Source of the DNA: Emiliania huxleyi CCMP1516
Lineage: Eukaryota
DNA length: 64,000 nucleotides
Assembly: GCF_000372725.1 (NCBI RefSeq)
Contig: NW_005201223.1
Span: 218,602-282,601 of the forward strand
Direction of reading: 5' to 3'
The position numbers and the translations under genes are program-made. The first letter of the stretch is position 1. Every line of letters begins with the position of its first letter. The notes beneath the pieces are model-generated. The model searched no databases and was not told where the DNA came from. It was given only the letters and a program-made list of their open reading frames with translations. Positions 11,122 to 21,660 of this stretch are shown piece after piece.

Positions 11122-12240
11122 ATGGGAGCTCCAGCGGGCGGTCCGCCGCCGGATGCGAGCAAGCGCAAGCTTGGGCTCATAATTGCGTGGGTGGGCATGC
11201 TTGGCTCAACGCCAGACGCGATGCTGCTCCGGTTTCAAGCACAGGCGGGTGGGGTGCCAGCCTCCATATCCTTCTTCCGCTTCATCATGACTGCAACCCT
11301 AAATTTCGTCTTTGCCGCCGCCAACTCTGGCGGGATCGGCCCGCTCTGTGCTGGCGTGGCGCGATCGTATAAGGCGATCCTCGTCGCCGCGATGATTGCG
11401 ATGGTGTCCAGCCAAGGCTTTGTGTACTCGCTGCTGCTGGTCGAGCCCGCCATGGCGCTTCTCATAATCTCGCTCAACCCCGTGTGGGCGGCGCTGCTGG
11501 GCAAGTTCGTGCTCGGAGAGGAACTTCCGGGCAAGACCATCATCACCATCGTCTGCGCCCTAGTCAGCATGGTGGTGGTGATGATACCTCAACTCCTTGT
11601 GATGCTCGGCTACGGTGGCGAGGCCGAAGAAGCCGCTGCGGACACCAAGGGCAGCAACCTGCTCCTGCTATGGCCTCTCTTTACAGGCATGTTTATGGCC
11701 CTCTTCATCACGTGGGCACGTTACCTCGGCAAGGTGTCGCCCGAGACGGACCTGACGGCGACGGGCACGCTCTCTGGCGCGATCACGAGCTGTATTTCGT
11801 ACAAGGTTGCGTACGACCAGGGGATCACTGACCCCTTCGAGGGGATCCAGCCTATCTTTTGGCTATGGGTGCTGCTCTGCGGACTCGGAATTACCATGTA
11901 CAACCTCGCGCTCGTCATCGCGCCGCGGTACATCTCTGGCGCAGACACGGCGCTCATCATGCTGCTCGAGACGGTATTCGCACCCGTGTGGGTCTTCTTT
12001 GCCTTTGGCGAAGTCCCCTCGCCGTGGACAATATTGGGGGGCGTCATCCTGCTCGGCGCGCTGGCCTTCCACGAACTCGCCGGGACGGAGGCTGGGTCGG
12101 GGGAAGAGGGCGCGCCCCTCGCCCCCAGGATAACGGGCCGCCAGTCCATAGCCATCTCGGTCGGCAGCGGCCCCAAGAAGGGGTCGGGCTTCGACTCCGA
12201 CGACTACGTCCGCATGAGCGGCAAGGCAGGCTACCCGTAG
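11122..12240 (+). CDS. EamA/DMT-superfamily transporter
   Basis: About 10 hydrophobic segments in two repeats; ISLNPVWAALLGKFVLGE and LLETVFAPVWVFFAFGEVP signatures. Confidence 0.9.
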   Translation: MGAPAGGPPPDASKRKLGLIIAWVGMLGSTPDAMLLRFQAQAGGVPASISFFRFIMTATLNFVFAAANSGGIGPLCAGVARSYKAILVAAMIAMVSSQGFVYSLLLVEPAMALLIISLNPVWAALLGKFVLGEELPGKTIITIVCALVSMVVVMIPQLLVMLGYGGEAEEAAADTKGSNLLLLWPLFTGMFMALFITWARYLGKVSPETDLTATGTLSGAITSCISYKVAYDQGITDPFEGIQPIFWLWVLLCGLGITMYNLALVIAPRYISGADTALIMLLETVFAPVWVFFAFGEVPSPWTILGGVILLGALAFHELAGTEAGSGEEGAPLAPRITGRQSIAISVGSGPKKGSGFDSDDYVRMSGKAGYP

Positions 12241-12548
12241 AGAAGGAAGTGGGCTATCTGGGTTACGACCCGGGCCCGGCGGCACGCGACTCGCACTCGC
12301 GAGATACTGCTCGAGGCGGCGGGAGTCGCCCCCCAGTCGGAGTCTCGGAGAGTCGAGGGACTCGAGTACGGGTGAGGCGGTGTGGGAGTGGGTGATCGTC
12401 CACGGCACCGTCCGGGCGAATTGGCGAAAGGACGTTCAGGTAGGCAAAAAGGATGTCCGGAATGGAAAATGGCTGATATAAAATATAATTCACCGGACAT
12501 CACACACTTTGCTCTCTCTCTGAATCATACGCACACCGACTCGCTAGC

Positions 12549-15297
12549 TCAGCACCTAGCCCAACACCCCAGGCAGCACCTCGCCGTCGTCGCCTCCTCT
12601 GCTGCCCTCCTCGCCGCCGCCGGCCGCAGCCGTGGAGCCTCCGCGCGACAGCTGCGCACACGGCAACGGCGGCAGCGAGCAGCGAGGTGTGTCGACAGTG
12701 GCGCGCAGCGGCCTGCGGCGCGTCTCGAGCTCGTGCTCCACGCGGGCGGCGAAGGCGTCGCCTGTTCAAACCACGACGGCGCGCGTGAAGGAGCGCCTCT
12801 TCTCCTGCGGCACGCGTGGCTCTCGCGAGCGCGCTCGCCGTCGAAGGTCGCCGAGCTTGACAAGTCCGCCATCTCGAAGGAGTCGACCATGCGTGACGCG
12901 GCGCAGCGCTCCTGCTCGCAGCTGGAGGAGTGAAGAGAGGCCCTCTTTCTCCGCAGCGGTCGAGCATACGCGGCGCAGCGCTCCGAGTACGGGACGCGGT
13001 CGTACGAGTTGCGGAGGTAGCCCGTCACCCGCCCCGCCGGCGGCAGCCCGGGCCGGCGGAAGAGCTCGTCGAGGAGGGAGGGGAAGCCTCGCGGGAGGCC
13101 GCGCGAGCTCGACCGATCCAGCCGGGCGGCGGTGTGGCGCGAGCGGAGACCGGCACACCGCACCGTCAGCGCCGACAGCGCGGCATGCCCGCCGCCGAGA
13201 GCAGCCAGGACGGCGGCGGCGGTGGCGAGGAGGCGGCGCGGCGCGAGCAGGAGGACGAGGCACGCGACAGCGCACGGCAGCCCGAGCAGCGGCGTGGGAA
13301 GCAGCAGCGAGGGTCGCGGCAGCTGCGGGTGCATCGAGCGGAGCCGCGCGCAAGCGGCGCACTGCAGCGCCGCCGAGCCGCAGTAGAAGAGCATCGACAG
13401 CTGCAGCGCGTCGTCGAAGCGGAGGGTGAGCGTCGCCTAGGAAGTGTCCAGGCACTGTCCAGGTGGTGTCCAGGAACGTGGGAGCGGAGGGTGACAGAGC
13501 GTCGCCAGCGCGACCAGCGACGCGTTGGCGCAGATGGCCGCCGCTGGCGTGCCGAAGCGCGGGTGGAGCCGGCCCAGCGCGGGCGGCAGCATGCGCAGCG
13601 TCGCCATCGCCAGCAGCGCGCGCCTGTTCAACGCTTCCTCCATACATCACTGATTGATCACTGCGCAGCGTCGCCATCGCCGCCGCGCGCACGAGGAGGT
13701 GCAGAGGATCGTGAAGAGCACACCCGCCATCGAGACCGCCGACGCGGCAGTCAGCGCAGCCTCGAGCCCACCTCCACCCAGCGACGCGCCGAGCAGCGGG
13801 TAAGTGCCTGGCGCCCACTGCTCCCAGTGGTCGAGCGTGGCGAGGGCGGCGGCGAGTGGCAGCACGTACAGCGCCGTCGAGAGGGCGAACGCGCCTGCAA
13901 AGACGGCGGTGAGTGGTGGACAACAGAAAGCTGTGCGGCTGCGTCGGCCAGAGGGCGAGCGCGCCCCACAGCGCGCGCGGGAAGGAGGAGCGAGGCGAGC
14001 GCACTTCGGCCGCCACCATGCCTGCCGAGTCGTACCCGCAGCAGTTCCAGAGCACGATGCAGAGGAAGGAGAACCAAGCCTCCCGCCCGGAGGGCCACAG
14101 GCGCGGGTCCGGGTCGAGCGCCTGCGGGAAGTTGCGAGAAGGTTGCGAGAAGGTTCCGTGGGTCGAGCGCCTTCGCCCGGCGAGATGTGCCCGAGGTGTG
14201 CCCGAGCTAGACCCGAGGAAGCCCGAGGTGTGCCCGAGCTAGACCCGAGGAAGCCCGAGGTGTGCCCGAGCTAGACCCGAGGAAGCCCGAGGTGTGCCCG
14301 AGGTATCTCCGGCGCATCGTCTGGAGTCGGGCGCGCCTTTGCCCAGTGGGGGTGCGGCGCCGCGGCGGCGGCGAGGACGAGGGCGGCGAAGGGGAGGGAG
14401 ACGAGGAGCATCAGCACGCCCGCTGCAGAGCCGACGACGTCGACGCCTCGCACGTTGAGCGCCGCGGCGAGAGCGACGAGCAGCACGCGCACGACCGCGA
14501 GGGCGACCCCTTCTGCGCCGCCCGCCGACCCAGCCTCCGCCTCAAAGGAGGAAGGGTCCGCCGCAAGGGGGTCGGAGGAGGGCTCGGCGGCGGCGGCGAG
14601 CGCCGATGCGGCGGCGGCGGCGGCGGTGGCGGCGGCGGTCGTGGCGTTGGTGGGGATCGAGGCGGCGGAGGCGGAGTAGGCGGCGGAGGAGGCGTCGTAG
14701 AGCAGCGCCTTGTGCAGGTAGGCTGTCAGGAGCAGCGGGTACCTGTTCGCAGGCCAGGCTGTGACGAGATGCTGCCCGTACCAGCTCGGCGCGAGCAGCA
14801 GCGGGGCGCAGTGAGCAGTCGAGGACGGAGCAGGCGAGGTTTGCCATCGCGTTGAGCAGCGACGGCATCGCTCCGAGCGCCTCTTCGACCCACACGACGT
14901 ACCTAACCACACGACCGCGGTGAGACCAGTGCGTCTCCTCACACCCTCCCAGCCTCGCCGCCGCGCACCCGCCCGCACGCGGCAGCGCCACGCTCAGCTC
15001 TGCCGTCACGAGAAGCATCGGCGCCGACCAGACTGCGGGTGCGATGACCAGCGCGGCGAGGGAGAGGAAGGGACCTCCCAGAGGTACGATCTCCTCCACG
15101 CCGTACGCCGAGCCCGACACCGCGAAGAAGGCGATCCCCATCAGCTGCAGCATTTCGAGCTTTGGCTTCGGAGGCTGAAGCTCGTAGTCATCGTCATTCA
15201 GGTCGGCGTCGCGGAGGAACGGCAGCGCGGCTCGGTTGAGGGAGCGGCCGGCTCGGAGAGCGAGCCAGCGCCAGCGGGGGGGCAGCGAAGGCGACAT
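12549..15297 (-). CDS. APC-superfamily amino-acid/polyamine transporter (PUT/LAT-like), multi-exon; 3' end approximate
   Basis: FFAVSGSAYGVEE, LVTAELSVALP..GG|YVVWVEEALG, LNVRGVDVVG, LWNCCGYDSAGMVAAEV and HPRFGTP motifs in successive exons. Confidence 0.85.
14187..14303. repeat. Intronic tandem repeat, 32-nt unit, ~3.5 copies
   Basis: Unit GTGTGCCCGAGCTAGACCCGAGGAAGCCCGAG. Confidence 0.9.
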
Positions 15298-15504
15298 ATC
15301 CCTGAGCGGAACACGCGAGCGGCTGGTCCTGTACCGTGTTGGCAGCGAACGGACTCGGTGAGGACGGAGAGGGAGTGGAGACTCCACGGGTCGCCGCAAG
15401 GCGAAGCTGCCATTCCGTCGGAAGAGAATTTTCTTTTGCGTTTTTCTTCCGCTTTGACACTAGGCACGGGACTGGCGCGCACTGGTGGCACTAACACTGA
15501 ATGG

Positions 15505-15592
15505 CAATGAACACACCAGCGAGGGAGGGCGAGACGATCGAGGGGTCCCGTACCATGCGGAATCGACCCTATCCAGTGCTCAAGTGCTCAAG
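15505..15592 (+). repeat. Dispersed ~90-nt repeat CAATGAACACACCAG.GAGGGAGGGCGAGACGATCGAGGGGTCCCGTACCA..GAATCGACCCT..CAGTGCTCAAG; copies ~48888-48978 (+), ~28830-28888 and ~29779-29852 (-)
   Basis: Direct sequence comparison. Confidence 0.9.
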
Positions 15593-15666
15593 ATGCACTA
15601 ATAATCACAAACCATTGATAGCCTGGACTTCGCCGATCGTCGGGGTCAAATCGCAAGATCGCCGAC

Positions 15667-17472
15667 ATGATCGATGCCAGTTCGGCCGCTGCCGCGCCCA
15701 GCGGTGCCACTGCCGCCTCCGTGAGCGCGCCGATTCGCACCGTCAGAGGGGTGGCGGCATTGCTGCTCTGCGGCGTGGTCGCTGCTTGTTTGACCCGACT
15801 CCACAAGGCTGGAGCCACGCCGGGCGCGGACTCGCTGGTGAGGGTGGTGGCAATGGAGAAGGGGTGCTGGAAGGCCGACAAAGTCGGCGCAACCGACTTT
15901 GTCGGCCGCCCGACATGCACCGAGCTCAAGGAACCCTACGATTTCTGCAACTACGACTTCGGGGGCGGCAACTACGCGGTACAGACCGCCTGCCCGACGA
16001 CCTGTGGCGTATGTCCAGACTGCGTCGACATGGCAGGGCAGATTGGTTTTACCTATAATGGGGTTGGCCAGACATGCAAAAGCGCTGGAAGCAACGGGTT
16101 CTGCGGTCGCGACTTTGTGCGCGAAAGGTGCCCCGCCACCTGCGGCGTGTGCGTGTCCGCACCAAAGCCGCAGCCCAAGCCGCAGCCCAAGCCGCAGCCC
16201 AAGCCGAAACCGCCGCCCCCCCCGCCACCGTCGCCCTCCCCTCCTCCTCCTCCGTGCCCCCCAAACATGGGGGACAGCAACGCGGAATTCACCACCAAAA
16301 CTAAGAAGATGACCTGCAAGGACTTTGTGGAGAGTCCGTCTTATTGCGACCAGCCGAGTGTCGCCGCTGCCTGCCCCGCATCCTGCGGCACGTGCCGGGA
16401 CGGCTCATCGGGCCCTGCCCCTGCGCCAGCTCCGGCGCCGAAACCCGCGAGCAGCCCTACAGGAAGAGACAAATATAGCAAGGCGCCGAAAGACTGCATG
16501 GGCAGCAAGGAGGGCAAGGATGGCTGGCTGCAGGAGCCGCATTGTAGTTCCCTTCTCCCCTTCCCAATCCCTGCCTTGACGCTCCGCACCCTTCATCGGC
16601 TGTCAGGACCACAACTACTACCGGAGCAAGCACAACGCACCTGCGTTGAGATGGAACGACAACCTGGCCCTCAAAGCGCAGACGTGGGCAAACTACCTCG
16701 CCGACAATGAGTACTTTGGACACAGCGACTCGTACACCTGGAATGGTGATGGCCACGGTGACGGCCTCGCAAACACAAACCGAATGGAGAAAACCGGCAT
16801 TACAGGCTCATTTTATGCCTCCGGGGAGAACCTTGCGATGGGGTGCGAGAGACTAGCCGAGAAGCGCCGAGGCCGAGGCCGGGCATAGCCCGGGGAAAGA
16901 GAGCGCCGCTTCGGCGCAACTTGAGAGAGAGGCCGGCCCTGCACGCACACGACATGACTCGGCCCTGTTGTTGCACGTGAACAACTTCAAATCTTCACCT
17001 CTAGGTATGGGGAGTTCGATTGCGACGCGTACAGCGGACCGTACAACCAACACTGTGCGGTGTGGGGATGGTACAGAGAATACATGGACTGCTGGTCGAA
17101 CAAAACCGACAACGGGGGCTGGCGTTCTCCCCGCTGCCCAGGAGGCATGATTGGACACTTCACGGCAATGGTCTGGAAAGGGGCGACCTTGCTCGGGTAA
17201 GCGCACTAGTGGGGCGCACACTCGACTCTCACGATCGGGGATTTGAGCGCATCGCTGCCGTGCACAGGTGCGGCAGCAGTGGGGGGTACTACGTCTGCCA
17301 CTACTCGTCGGAAAGCTGCAAGCATGGGTCTAGGCAGAAGGGCTGCTGGGGACAGCAGACCACTCCCGGTCTCCCCAATTTCAATTCGGGCTCCTGTAAC
17401 GTCACTGCCGCGGAGTGCGTCGAGAGGGGTCGCGAATTGACTCGCGACGAGCGGGCGCTTTGCCAGAAGTGA
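15667..17472 (+). CDS. Secreted or membrane-anchored protein: 3 ShK-like Cys domains, Pro-rich linkers and a CAP (SCP/PR-1) domain; 3 introns
   Basis: CPTTCGVC, CPATCGVC, CPASCGTC; spliced CAP motifs WLQ|DHNYYR..LRWNDNLALKAQTWA, GENLAMG, GHFTAMVWK, YYVCHY. Confidence 0.85.
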
Positions 17473-17759
17473 GAGAGCGGCGCGGACCCCGGCAAGGTCC
17501 AAGGAGCTAGGAGGGCAAGCGGGATGTCTCCTATTCTGCCCCGGCGGCGGCGCTTACTACACACCGTCACGACCTTGCGCACCTCCAGATAGAGATGGCA
17601 GGAAGAGAGTGCCAGCGAATTAATTCAATTAAAAGAAATTTACCACACGTGTCCACATATTCTCTCGCTCTCTCGCATAGGGGGGAAAGAATTACAACGG
17701 GACTCCAGCTCTCTCGCACAACACTGGGCACGATCCCTCGCGCTTCCTCTTCCCCGCCA

Positions 17760-18185
17760 TCGCCTTCTTCTCGCCTCCTCCACCGCCCTGCGCCCGCTTC
17801 CGCGCGGCCCACACGCTGAACCGGCCGTCGTCGGAGAGCGTGCGCACGTCCTCGAGCTTCGGCTGATCGGCGAGCACCGCGCCGAGCGGCACGTAGGTCT
17901 GCACCACGATGAAGAGCTCGCCGCCGGAGCGGAGCCGGCGCGCGGCGCCGCGGACGAGGAGCGGAGCACGCGGAAGTCGGTCGGCAGCCAATTGTGCACC
18001 GGCGGATAAAAGACAATCCAATCGAAGCGGGAACGCCAAGGCAAGGCCTAAAGCCGGATAAAAGACAATCCAATCGAAGCGGGAACGCCAAGGCAAGGCC
18101 TAAAGCCGTCGGAGAGGGCGCACGTGCTCTCCGACGGCATCGAGGCGCTGCCGCGGCGGCCCCGCTTCGATTGGATTGTCTCCTC
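17760..18185 (-). pseudogene. Rearranged partial copy of the RsmC-domain 3' end, containing a 53-nt tandem duplication and an inverted segment
   Basis: 17790-18005 parallels 18960-19170 (ELFIVVQTYVPLGA.LADQPKLEDVRTLSDDGRFSVWAA). 18121-18183 encodes HVLSDGIEALPRRPRFDWIVS on the opposite strand. Confidence 0.75.
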
Positions 18186-18912
18186 GCTGCATGCATGCGT
18201 GACCTATATACCCCGCTCCGCTTGGGTGCCCAGCCAAATTCTCGCGAATTTTTTTCTTACGCCGGTGCGTCGAGCAGCGCGGGCTTCTCGTGCCACGCGG
18301 GCGGCATCCGCCGGGCGCGGCCCGCCAGCGCGCGCAGCTCGCGCCGGAAGGCGCGCTCGGGCGAGAGGCGCGCGGTCTCCTCGGCGAGCTGCCCGAGCGA
18401 CGTGCCGTAGACGAGCAGGCGCGACGAGCGCCAGAGGCCCCGCAGCCGCCGGTGCGTGCGCCTCTCGCGCACCGGCAGCGCCGAGAGCTTGCAGCAACTC
18501 CGCCGGTGCGCCGTCTTCGCCCGAGAGCCACTCACAGAGCGTGGTGCTGTTCACGCCGAGGCCGCCCCACTCGTGGCCGCCGGCCTGGCACGTCCAAAGC
18601 TCGATAATGCGGCTCGCGTTGCGCCGGCCGATGGCGGTGCGCCGCTGCTGGCCCGCCCGCCGCCATCGCCGCACGGCCTGCTGCACCCCAGCCGGCCGCA
18701 CGGGGCTCCTTACGGCCCAGCGCGAGCCACGGCCCTGCGAGCCGCCGATGGCCATCGCGACCACGGCGGCGCAGCGCAGCAAGGCGACGACGAGCCGCGC
18801 GCCGCGTGGCGACATGGGGTCCTCTATCGCTAGAGCTCCTTCCTAGAAGTCGTACTTGGAAACTAAACCGCCGCTAAAATGTCCCACAAAAAGCGGCATC
18901 CCTTAGAATAAC

Positions 18913-20146
18913 TCACGCCTCGCCCCGCCGCCGCTTCTTCCCCGCCACGCCCCGCCTTGCGCGCTTCTTCGCCGCCCACACGCTAAAGCGGCCATCGTCG
19001 GAGAGCGTGCGCACGTCCTCGAGCTTCGGCTGATCGGCGAGCATCGCGCCGAGCGGCACGTAGGTCTGCACCACGATGAAGAGCTCGCCGCCGGAGCGGA
19101 GCCGGCGCGCGGCGCGGCGGACGAGGAGGCGGAGCACGCGAAAGTCCGACTGCAGCCCGTTGTGCACGGGGGGGTTGGAAACGATCCAGTGAAAGCGCGG
19201 CCGCCGCGGCAGCGCGGCGAAGCCGTCGGAGAGCACGTGCGCCGTGGCGTCGGCCACGTTCCGTCGCGCGGCGCGGAGGGCGACGGCGTCGGCGTCGAGC
19301 AGGTGGAGCCGGAGCGCGGCGCCGCCGCCGGCGGCGCGCAGCGCGGCGGCGATCGAGCCCGAGCCGCAGCAGAAGTCGAGCACGCGCGCGCGCGCCGGCG
19401 GCTCCGGCAGCGCGGCGAGGAGTGCCGTCGTCATCACATCGAGGCCGCCGCCCGCGAAGAGCCCGGGCAGCGTGACCCAGGGCAGCGGCGCGACGCGGCG
19501 CGGAGGGCGGGCCGTCGTCGTCGAGGGCGGCGGGGCGGCGTCGAGCGTCGCCGCCGCCTCCCACGTCGCGGGCCCGAACGAGGCGTCGGCGCCGCCCGCG
19601 CGCGTGGCGCGCACGACGCCGACGGCCGCGGCCTCGCCGCCGCCCGGCACCGTGGCCGACGGCGCGAAGGCGACGCCCTCGTAGAGCGCCGCTCCGGCGG
19701 GCGCGGGTGCGGCCGGCGCGGCGCGCAGCCGCGCCGCGGCGGTGGCGATGCCCTCGGCGCGAGATCCGAAGACGGCGAGCGGTGCGCCGGGGCGCAGCAC
19801 GGCGGCCACCGCGTGCAGCGCGTACTCGAAGGCGCCGCGCGTGTGCGGCAGGCGCAGGAGCGCGCCGTCGAAGCTGCCGCTCGGCGGCCACGCCGTCGCC
19901 TCCGCGCCGCCCTTCTCGCTCATGCGGCGCCAGAGGCACACGCGGAGCCCCGCGCCGCGCAGTGCGGCCTCGAGCGTCTCCGCCGCGCCGCCGGCACTCG
20001 GCGTCAGCGCGAGCAGCACAGTGGCGCCGCGCGGCAGCGCCCACGCGCGCACAACGGGCAGCGCCGCCGCCGCCGCCGCCGCGTCAACGTCGCCACGCCG
20101 CGTCTGCGCCGCGCACACCGCCGCGAGCGCCGCGCGGCGGACGGGC

Positions 20147-20207
<61 letters not shown>

Positions 20208-21621
20208 ACGACGACGACGAGGAGGAGGGCAGCGCAGCGGCGGTGGGCGGCACGGGCTGTCCCTCGGCCGCCATGACGCTGCGCTGCAGCGCGCGCGCGC
20301 CAAACTCGACGAGGCCGGCGGCTTGCCAGTCGAGGCCCTCCGCATCGGCGAGCGCGGCCGCCCGCTGGCACACCGCCGCGCCGACCTGGAAGAGTAGCGG
20401 CGGCGGCCCCACCGTCGCCGCCACCATCACGCCGAGCGCCCGCGCAATCTCGCCAAGATCGGTGGCGCCGAGGCTGGCGCCGCCCAGCGCGCTGCGCAAG
20501 AGGCTCAGCGGCACGTCGGCGGCGCCGCCGAGGCGCGCGCACGCGCCGCAGACGTTGGCGACGCCCTGGGCGCTCATGTCGCGCGCACACGCCTCGGCGC
20601 GGCGCAGCAGCGCGTCGCACAGCGCGGGCGGCGGCGGCGGCTCGAGGCGCGAAAAGGCCCACAAAGTGTTGGCCGACGCCTGCGCATTCATCCACACCAC
20701 GCTCGTCGCGGCCGCCTCGTGCAGCGCGTTTACAACCTCGGCGGTCGCGAGCTCGTCGGGCAGCCGTCCCGCCGTGTGCAGCTTGGCGAGCGCCCACGCC
20801 GTCGAGCTGAGCTCAAACGGCTTCATCGCCGCCGCCGCGCCGTCGGCGAGGCGCAACGCCAGCGCCGCCGCCAGCGCGCCGTCGGGAGGCACGCCGAGTT
20901 TGGCGAAGGCCCACAGAGTGTTGGCAGAATCCTGCGGGTTGAAGTCGCCGTCCGACGCGAGCGTGGCAGCGCGTTGCTGCAGCGCTCGCATCGACGCCTC
21001 GGCTGGCGCGCAGCCGCCGCTCGCGTGCGCGTGAAGCACAGTCGCCACCGCCTGCGCGTCGAGCGCCGTGGCGCCGCGCACGCAGCAGTCGGTGACGGCC
21101 GCCAGCGCGCGCCGCAGCGAAGGCGCCTCCGCGTCCGCACCAGCGCGCTGCAGCAGCTTGCCGAGCGCCGACGCCGCCTTGCTCACCTCGCGTGCGCCGA
21201 GGCCGCTCGCGGTCTGCTCGAGGCGGCTCACCAGCTGCGCGAGCGCCGCCGCGTCGAGGGCGGCCGCCTTCTCCCTTGTGGCGGAGCGCTCCGACGCGCA
21301 GCAGCGCGCCAGCCAGTACAGCGCGTGCGTCGCCGTCGGGCCGTCGAGGCTGCTGGGCGCCGTGGCGACGACGTCGAGCACCTCGGCCGCCGAGGTCGCG
21401 GCGCCGATCCGATCGCGCAGCTCGCGCGCCGAGAGCGCCGGCGTCGTCGACGGCGGCGGCGCCGCAACGCCGAGCGTCGCGAGTTTGGCGCGCAGCGCGG
21501 CTTCGCCCTGCAATTTCTGGCGCTGCGCGGCGTCGAGGCTTCGGAGCGCCTTGAGCTCCTCGATCTGGCGGAGCTTCTTGAGGAGCGACTTGGCGTATTT
21601 GGCGTCGTCGAGCTGGGCCAT
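18913..21621 (-). CDS. OPR-like helical-repeat protein fused to an RsmC/MTS-family class I SAM methyltransferase
   Basis: Uninterrupted ~900-aa ORF. Repeats FNPQDSANTLWAFAKLG, MKPFELSSTAWALAKL, MNAQASANTLWAFSRL, MSAQGVANVCGACARL. C-terminal LPGLFAGGGLDVMT, VLDFCCGSG and WIVSNPPVH motifs. Confidence 0.85.
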
Positions 21622-21660
21622 CGTGGCGTCGACGGCGGCGGGCACGTCCCGCGATGCGAA

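Noticed and set aside
18204..18815. Possible secreted-protein gene on the minus strand
   Set aside because: Signal-like start but no recognisable domain, and it needs an unexplained frame change.
19162..21554. Long plus-strand ORFs opposite the OPR-RsmC gene, and similar shadow ORFs across the window
   Set aside because: Arg/Ala/Gly-rich antisense ORFs are expected at this GC content.
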